From Candidatus Heimdallarchaeota archaeon (lineage in GTDB: Archaea > Asgardarchaeota > Heimdallarchaeia > Hodarchaeales > Hodarchaeaceae): DNA of 64,000 nt. Within the stretch, counting starts at the first letter, position 1. Each line of letters begins with the position of its first letter. A program made the translations under genes and the position numbers. Below, piece by piece: positions 57,407-64,000 of this stretch. The notes under the pieces are model-generated. The model was not told the origin of the DNA, did not search any database, and saw only the letters and a program-made list of their open reading frames with translations. Location: positions 32,001 to 96,000 of the forward strand of contig RDOB01000006.1 of assembly GCA_011364965.1 (NCBI GenBank). The letters are read 5' to 3'.

Positions 57407-58675
57407 TTAAATCCTCCTCAGAACGAAATTGGATATACTAGTTCCAGTACCTGCATGGCTGTTTATCAAACCAACTTCTGCATCTTTCACCTCGTTTTCT
57501 GTTGACCGATGTTCGCGTGGGATTAAGCCTGTTAGTTGATAATAGCACTCAATAGTTGACATTAGTCCTGTAGCTCCAACTGGATGACCATAACCAATTA
57601 ATCCTCCACCAGGATTAGTTGGAATTTCTCCTTCCATCATTGGTAGTTTATCATTGATGAAATCCTTGACAGGGATAGATTCACACCACCCTAACGCGTT
57701 ATAAATCTGAGCTTCTGAAGATGAAAAAGCGTCATGTACCTCAGCTACATCGAGATGTTTGTAGGAATCTTTCCATGGGATATCAGCCATTTTGTACGCA
57801 ATTTCTGCCGCGTGACGACATGCTCCGAATTCTCCTAGGCCTGGATAGCCTTTTCCATAACGCTGAGTCCATCCTGGGAAATTATATCTATCACCTGCCC
57901 TGATGGTACATGAAGATAGACCTGCTCCTGCAATTTCAACACTATGATCAGGAGAATATTGTTTTGCAAACTTCTCATTAGTAACTAAGACTACTGCAGC
58001 ACCTTCAGACATAAAACAACAATCAAATTTCTTTAGTGGATAAGCTATCAACCTTGAATTCATTATGTCATCAACGGTAAGTTTTTTGCCAACTTTTCGA
58101 AAATGTTGGGTTTTTTCACCTGTGGCCATCGCATTATTCTTATTTTTCACAGCAATCTCTGCAAATTCTTCTTCTGTGACATTATGCTTTTCCATGAAAA
58201 CTCTAGCTAATCCTGCATAATAATTTGTGTAATTGGCTCCGAGCATTGCTTCATACCTTGTATCGGAAGCAATTGCAATAAATTCGGATCCCTTGGATTG
58301 GGATACACTTCCCATCAATTCATAACCAATAACAGGTACTACATCCGCTAAACCTGCACGAACGAGGGCGTAGGCCGCATATAGCGCACTGCCCCCTGTA
58401 TTACCTCCGTTGTCGATTCTAAAATGTGGAACGCCCACTAATCCAAGATGATCATGAAGAATCCAATAAGCTGTTAATTGGTGGCTAAAATGAACCGAGA
58501 AATGTGAGTAAACGACCATACCATGGTCTCGAACATCTCTAAGGTGAAATTCAGGCACATCATGATAGAGTTGTTTTATACAGTTTGCGGTCATTTCTTC
58601 AATTTGAAGATTTAGGGGGTAATCAAACGGTGTTGTGGTTCCACCCGCGATAAACACTCTTTGTTGTTCTGGCAT
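57407..58675 (-). CDS. SCP2-type thiolase-fold protein lacking the N-terminal catalytic Cys
   Basis: IAVKN, DCCFMSEGAA, EVHDAF and NPGGGLIGYGHPVGATG motifs. DNGGNTGG replaces the usual ExACASG. Confidence 0.88.
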   Translation of the reverse strand: MPEQQRVFIAGGTTTPFDYPLNLQIEEMTANCIKQLYHDVPEFHLRDVRDHGMVVYSHFSVHFSHQLTAYWILHDHLGLVGVPHFRIDNGGNTGGSALYAAYALVRAGLADVVPVIGYELMGSVSQSKGSEFIAIASDTRYEAMLGANYTNYYAGLARVFMEKHNVTEEEFAEIAVKNKNNAMATGEKTQHFRKVGKKLTVDDIMNSRLIAYPLKKFDCCFMSEGAAVVLVTNEKFAKQYSPDHSVEIAGAGLSSCTIRAGDRYNFPGWTQRYGKGYPGLGEFGACRHAAEIAYKMADIPWKDSYKHLDVAEVHDAFSSSEAQIYNALGWCESIPVKDFINDKLPMMEGEIPTNPGGGLIGYGHPVGATGLMSTIECYYQLTGLIPREHRSTENEVKDAEVGLINSHAGTGTSISNFVLRRI

Positions 58676-58961
58676 GAAATTTATCCTCTTCTGTGCTTTT
58701 ACTACCCTTTTATTTTAATTAAAACTTAAAAAGCAAGTAAATAATATAAGATTAAGCTGAATATCCCAAAGCTTAACAAGTGTATTTTGAGTATAAACTA
58801 CTTTAAAATGCATTGAAACTACTAATTGTTCCAAGAAAAACCACGAAATTTCGTTATATGATGAAATGCTTTTTTCTTGTTATATTCATTTAATATTCTA
58901 ATATCAGAAAAAATTCATATAAAAGGATATTAGCTCCTTCATTACTCTCTTTCTTCCATCT

Positions 58962-60521
58962 ATGATACTATTTGGTGGTTTAATGAAATATATTCTCTCT
59001 ATCGACGCAGGTTCAACTGGAATAAGAGCGATGCTTTTCAATATGAAGGGAGAAATTGTTGTACGACAATATGAACTTACTTCTCCTTTATTACCGAACC
59101 CTGGTTGGATTGAGCATGATCCTGAAGCATTATGGGTAACTTTAAAGAAAGTAGTTTTTAAAATTCTAGGGAACCCAGAATATTCTATTTCCCAAATAGC
59201 TGCGATCGGTATAGCGAATCAAAGGGGCAGTTTTACAATATGGGAGAAACAAACAGGGAAACCTCTCTTGAATTTACTGAATTGGGCTGATATTAGAGCC
59301 AGTAAAACATGTGAGAAGATGAATAAGACAATAAGGTGGAGAATACTAAAAAAATTCGCTTTAATTGGCAGTAAAATAACCAAAAATCCAATGCTAATTG
59401 CAGCAGCCATACTAGAATTCACAACGGATCATACAACTGTTCGATTAAAATGGGCTCTCGAAAATATTCCATATCTGCAGGAACGATGTGAAAAAGGAGA
59501 AGTATTATTCGGTACTATTGATACTTGGCTTATTCACAAGTTAACTAGTGGAAGAGTGCATGCTACAGATTATACCAATGCAGCAACTGGAATGTTGGAT
59601 CCATTCAAATTAAAATGGAACAACATATTGTTAAAAATATTCAATATTCCCAAAAATATTTTACCTGAACTAAAGGACACGAATGGTGATTTTGGGGAAG
59701 TAGATCCTACCATTTTTGGAGGATCAATCCCAATTCGTGCTGTTATAGGAGATCAACAGGCTGCTCTCTTTGGACAAACCTGTTTTAAACCCGGGGAAGT
59801 AAAAATTTCTATGGGTTCAGGCGCTTTTGTGGATATGAATGTGGGTGAGAAAGGAAAAGTATCCAAAAGAGGATTATTTCCTCTCGTTGCTTGGGTGATT
59901 GATGGAAAGCCTACTTATATGCTGGAGGGATATGTAGCTACAGCTGGTACCCTCATTGATTGGTTAGGAAGTGGGATAGGATTAAGCGACAGTTCAATTG
60001 CGTTAAATGAATATGCAGCTCAATGTGAGGATACAGAGGGCGTGATTTTTATTCCTACTCCTTCGGGAATACGTTTTCCATATTTTTCTGCCTCTATTCG
60101 TGCAACAATACTTGGATTATCGCTCAATACTCATAAAGCTCATGTTGCGAGGGCTGTATTCGAAGGGATAGCCTCTAGGATTGTGGATATAATAGAAGGA
60201 TTGGAGAAAGATACAAAGATCAGAATTTATTCGATTAAAACTGATGGAGGGGTTTCTCAGTCAAATATCCTCCTACAAATTCTGGCGGATCTATCTGGAA
60301 AGAAAATTCAACGCGCTAAGGAGCTCGATATGACAGCTGCTGGAGCTGCTTACATTGCTGGTTTGAGTATCAAATTTTGGAAGGATCAGTCGGAATTATA
60401 CTCAATTTACACTCAGTCGAATCCTGAGGAATTTACTCCAAAATTTTTTGAGAATGAGCGACTTAAAAAAAGAAAAAATTGGAAGAAGGCATTAAAGGCT
60501 ATTTTATCAGTTAACAGCTAA
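58962..60521 (+). CDS. FGGY-family glycerol kinase, GK5-like (probable start MKYIL at 58983)
   Basis: IDAGSTG, NQR, FGTIDTWL, GDQQAALFG and DGGVSQS motifs. Confidence 0.9.
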   Translation: MILFGGLMKYILSIDAGSTGIRAMLFNMKGEIVVRQYELTSPLLPNPGWIEHDPEALWVTLKKVVFKILGNPEYSISQIAAIGIANQRGSFTIWEKQTGKPLLNLLNWADIRASKTCEKMNKTIRWRILKKFALIGSKITKNPMLIAAAILEFTTDHTTVRLKWALENIPYLQERCEKGEVLFGTIDTWLIHKLTSGRVHATDYTNAATGMLDPFKLKWNNILLKIFNIPKNILPELKDTNGDFGEVDPTIFGGSIPIRAVIGDQQAALFGQTCFKPGEVKISMGSGAFVDMNVGEKGKVSKRGLFPLVAWVIDGKPTYMLEGYVATAGTLIDWLGSGIGLSDSSIALNEYAAQCEDTEGVIFIPTPSGIRFPYFSASIRATILGLSLNTHKAHVARAVFEGIASRIVDIIEGLEKDTKIRIYSIKTDGGVSQSNILLQILADLSGKKIQRAKELDMTAAGAAYIAGLSIKFWKDQSELYSIYTQSNPEEFTPKFFENERLKKRKNWKKALKAILSVNS

Positions 60522-60607
60522 TCAATTTATCAAATCAACTTAGCAGCTTAATCAGCTATTTAACAAACACAATGGCAAAACGAACACCTGTAGATATTTA
60601 GGTTGAA

Positions 60608-61537
60608 TTGCTTATGGTGAGTTGTTCTGATTCCACGATAAAATTCAATACTTCTGCTCTGGAAAGGATTGTAAATGAACCTCAAAAGGTTTTAAATGAA
60701 GAACAAGCCTTTTGGACTAATGAAAAAGCTCAAATATATACTAAAAACTGGGCCAAACATGTGAATTACGAGATTCAATATGATGAATGGAGAGAAAGTC
60801 TGCTTAAATGGCTAGAGGTGCCTCTTGAACAGCGAAAAAGCCATATGCTTATGAAAATGACTCAGAAGATAATCACAAATAAACAGAAGTTCGTAGAGAA
60901 AGCACTTCCATTTCTTTGTTCTTATTCTCCAATAAATATTGATTATAGTATAACAATTCATTTTACTGCATTTATACCTGTAAATGCATTCGCGATGGGT
61001 GAGATTGTTATAAATGTCACAGCTTCTTCTTGGAAAGAAAACGCAGCTAACATTTTGAATACGTTGGTACATGAGCTATATCATATTTGTTACTCTGATT
61101 GCCGACAATATCATCCGCAAGAGAAATATTCCGAAAACCTGATTTATAGTTTTCTTGATAATATTCATAATGAGGGTATTTGTACATATATTGGCTATAA
61201 TGCTCTGAAGATGTTTCCCGCTCCAGATATGGAGGATTATCAGTTATTGGAAGATATTGATGAGGTTAATAAGGCATTTCGTGTTGTAAATGGAATTTTT
61301 TCTGAAATAAGTATTCAATCAGAAGAAGAAGTCAGGAAAAAAGCATGGAAAGAAGGAGTACTAGGTAGAGCTTTTTATATATCAGGTGCTTTCATGTGCA
61401 AAGTAATCGAAAAAAAGTGTGGTAGAAAGGGTTTGATGGATACAATAATAAAAGGTCCCCTCGCTTTTGCAGAATTGTATAATTCTATAGCTATTACCAA
61501 ACTCCAACTAAAAATTGAAGCTATAAATAGAGTATGA
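60608..61537 (+). CDS. Putative Zn-dependent (gluzincin-like) protease
   Basis: HELYH followed by a downstream NEG third ligand; FYISG near the C-terminus. Confidence 0.75.
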   Translation: MLMVSCSDSTIKFNTSALERIVNEPQKVLNEEQAFWTNEKAQIYTKNWAKHVNYEIQYDEWRESLLKWLEVPLEQRKSHMLMKMTQKIITNKQKFVEKALPFLCSYSPINIDYSITIHFTAFIPVNAFAMGEIVINVTASSWKENAANILNTLVHELYHICYSDCRQYHPQEKYSENLIYSFLDNIHNEGICTYIGYNALKMFPAPDMEDYQLLEDIDEVNKAFRVVNGIFSEISIQSEEEVRKKAWKEGVLGRAFYISGAFMCKVIEKKCGRKGLMDTIIKGPLAFAELYNSIAITKLQLKIEAINRV

Positions 61538-61661
61538 ATCTAGATACCTGCTACAAAAAATACAATATTTTTCTTTATCCTAATCCTATCTTAAAGGTAA
61601 AATTTTTGAAGAAGAACTATGCATTAAAGCCATAATTTTTATCACTTTCTTAGAATTTGAG

Positions 61662-63380
61662 ATGAGAAATATGGTTCAAATGACTGGAGGAGAAGTATTA
61701 GTTGGCTGTTTGAAAAAAGAACAGGTGAAATTTGTTCATGGAATACCAGGCGATCAATTATATCCTATCTTAGATGCAATCTATAACGATGAGTCGATTA
61801 GTTTTGTTAGCTATCGGCATGAGCAAGCAGCTGCAAATGCTGCTGATTCATGGGCTCGTGTCACAGGACAACCAGGAGTTTGTTTAGGAACAGTTGGGCC
61901 TGGAGCAGCTAACCTTATCGCAGGGGTATATCCAGCTTATGCTGATAGTATTCCAATGATAATTATTTGTGCTCAAAATCAAACATGGAATATCTACCCT
62001 GCACATGGTATGACACAGGATTTAGATCAAATTAATCTCTTTAAACCAATTACTAAGTGGCAGGCTGTCATTTCACACTGGAAGCGTATTCCCGAGCTTG
62101 TCCATTGGGCATTTCGTGTTGCAATTTCAGGTCGTCCCGGCCCAGTACTCCTAGACTGTCCTTCGGATGTTTTATTTGCTAAAAATGATATAAGTGAGCT
62201 CACGCACAAAATACTTGAACCACAGCATTATCGTGGCCTGAATAATCCTGTTGCCTCACTAAATGTGATTGAAAAGGCAGTTAGTATTCTATTGCAGGCT
62301 GAATATCCATTAATTCATGTTGGAGGTGGGGGTCTTGCATCAAATGCCTCTCTTGAGATTGCAGAGCTTGCTGAATATCTCCAGATCCCCGTTACAAGTA
62401 GTGTGTTTGCTCGGGGGATTTTACCTGATGATCATCCCTTAGTATTACTTCCTGTAAGTTATGGTGCAATTGCAGCACAATCCTGTGCAGATGTTGTATT
62501 ACTTGTTGGGGGACGAATGGGGGACATGGAGAATTGGGGAAGAGCGCCATTCTGGAATGAAGAAGGTAAAATTATTCAGCTTGATATAGATCCCCAGAAT
62601 TTAGGATTGAATACTAAAATCGAATTAGGTATTATTGGTGATGCGAAATTTACGATTAAAAACATGCTAGACGTGTTAAAACAAAGGGTAAAACCCGTTG
62701 AAGCACGGCCTATCTTGGAGGAATATAAAGATGCTGAAAAATCTTGGTTGACTGAATATGAAGCTTTAGGGAAATCTGATCAAAAACCTATCCATCCTCT
62801 TAGAGCAGTAAAGGAAATACGTAATTTTTTTCCCAGAAACGCTATTACAATTGTTGATGGTGGAAATACAGGTATTTGGTGTCATTATTTAAATCGTGTT
62901 TATGAACCTCGGACATTTCTATGGCCCGGTGACTCAGGACATTTAGGTGTTGGATTGGGTTATGCAATTGGCGCAAAATTAGCCAAGCCTAATAACAAAG
63001 TTTTTGCGATAATGGGAGATGGGTCTTTCATGTTCAATATTCAAGAGCTAGAAACCGCTAGACGTCTTGGATTAAATATTATCATATGTATTTTGAATGA
63101 TAGAGCATATGGTATGATCAAAGCTGGTCAAAAAGAAGTTTATGAAAAACGGTACATTGGAGTTGACTTTTTCGATGTGCATTATGATGAAATAGCGCAA
63201 GCTATGGATTGTTTTGGGATCCGAGTTGAAAACCCTTCTGAAATTCAACCAGCTTTGGTTTCTGCAGAAGAATCTAATTATCCAGCAGTAATAGATATAA
63301 TAATTGACCGAGACATAAATCTGGAACCACCTGACTTTACTACTTTGGCTGGTATCTGGTTGGAAGGTTGCTTGGATTGA
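61662..63380 (+). CDS. ThDP-dependent enzyme, acetolactate synthase/2-hydroxyacyl-CoA lyase-like
   Basis: HGIPG, RHEQAA, GPGAAN, GRPGPV and GDGSF...ND motifs. Confidence 0.92.
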   Translation: MRNMVQMTGGEVLVGCLKKEQVKFVHGIPGDQLYPILDAIYNDESISFVSYRHEQAAANAADSWARVTGQPGVCLGTVGPGAANLIAGVYPAYADSIPMIIICAQNQTWNIYPAHGMTQDLDQINLFKPITKWQAVISHWKRIPELVHWAFRVAISGRPGPVLLDCPSDVLFAKNDISELTHKILEPQHYRGLNNPVASLNVIEKAVSILLQAEYPLIHVGGGGLASNASLEIAELAEYLQIPVTSSVFARGILPDDHPLVLLPVSYGAIAAQSCADVVLLVGGRMGDMENWGRAPFWNEEGKIIQLDIDPQNLGLNTKIELGIIGDAKFTIKNMLDVLKQRVKPVEARPILEEYKDAEKSWLTEYEALGKSDQKPIHPLRAVKEIRNFFPRNAITIVDGGNTGIWCHYLNRVYEPRTFLWPGDSGHLGVGLGYAIGAKLAKPNNKVFAIMGDGSFMFNIQELETARRLGLNIIICILNDRAYGMIKAGQKEVYEKRYIGVDFFDVHYDEIAQAMDCFGIRVENPSEIQPALVSAEESNYPAVIDIIIDRDINLEPPDFTTLAGIWLEGCLD

Positions 63381-63398
63381 GTCCAAACAAATTGTGAA

Positions 63399-64000
63399 TC
63401 AATTATCATTAAAAGTAAATACAGCTTTCACCATATTGTACTTATCTTTATTCATAGAATATCTAATCGCTTTTTTATATTCATTTGGAAAACGAAAACG
63501 GTGTGTGATCATCCAAGATAAGTCTAAATTATTATTACTAAGCATATGCAACGCTGTATCAAAAGCATGTTCAGATTTGGAATTGAATGTTTCCATACAA
63601 GATCCAAATGATCCCATTATATTTAATTCTCTAGCCCAAACTAATGACCAATCTATAGGAATTTTATGGGGATTACCAATTAACACAAACTTGCCTCCCG
63701 CTTTTGTCAGTCGCAAAGCATCCTCAATAGTGTTTGGTAAACCAACACATTCAAAAACAAGGTCAGCTCCCCCACCGACTAGCAAAGGTTTTTTCTCTAG
63801 AATTGGATGGTATTCTCGTAACCTTAATCTTTTTGAAAGAACGGAAAAGTAATCTTTTTCCACTTTAGTATATTCTGTAGCTCCACATTTTTCAACGGCC
63901 ATTTTTCCCCTTACTTCATTGGTATCAAGAGCAATAATCTTCGCTTTACTCCCTAATGCTCGTAAAGCTAATAAAACCATTAATCCAATAACTCCAGTTC
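63399..64000 (-). CDS. Zn-dependent (MDR) alcohol dehydrogenase, C-terminal part; 5' end lies outside the window
   Basis: The frame continues upstream of 63980 as (G)TGVIGL (GxGxxG). GADLVFECVG and ITHRF motifs. Confidence 0.88.
   Translation of the reverse strand, partial: TGVIGLMVLLALRALGSKAKIIALDTNEVRGKMAVEKCGATEYTKVEKDYFSVLSKRLRLREYHPILEKKPLLVGGGADLVFECVGLPNTIEDALRLTKAGGKFVLIGNPHKIPIDWSLVWARELNIMGSFGSCMETFNSKSEHAFDTALHMLSNNNLDLSWMITHRFRFPNEYKKAIRYSMNKDKYNMVKAVFTFNDN

Noticed and set aside
1-64000. tRNA/rRNA genes, transposases, integrases, defence systems
   Set aside because: No such motifs were seen by eye in the ORFs or intergenic gaps. tRNAscan-SE/Infernal would be needed to exclude small RNAs.

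Overview
Low-GC, gene-dense archaeal DNA, most likely from an Asgard archaeon (Heimdallarchaeia/Hodarchaeales-like). This placement is inferred from a DGGGP-synthase-like UbiA protein, PGF-type C-terminal anchors, divergent Cdc48 paralogues, a GK5-like glycerol kinase and a giant alpha-solenoid protein; it is not proven. No tRNA, rRNA, CRISPR array or mobile element was seen. Most of the window is housekeeping or catabolic: glgA, hisS, pyk, a CoA-transferase pair, a nucleoside ABC importer with udp and pfkB, a thiolase/DUF35 pair, a ThDP enzyme and several alpha/beta hydrolases. The stand-out feature is an 18.8-kb minus-strand operon of three giant cell-surface proteins. The 2219-aa protein is membrane-anchored, with a probable dead caspase-fold domain, a long amphipathic helical block, an amphipathic beta block and about 25 TSP3-like Ca-binding repeats. 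The 3112-aa protein is secreted, unanchored and built of FG-GAP/BNR propellers with nested domains. The 922-aa protein has six PPC-like repeats, one TM helix and a cytoplasmic tail. Together they look like an uncharacterised adhesion or extracellular-matrix-like complex. Other highlights: a tandem Cdc48 pair in which both D1 rings look inactive (Pex1/Pex6-like logic, both with HbYX-like tails), an endonuclease V homologue lacking its catalytic residues, a RuBisCO-like protein lacking K175/K177, a GK5-like kinase, a >1200-aa alpha-solenoid missed by the ORF track, and a deletion scar joining two gene remnants.
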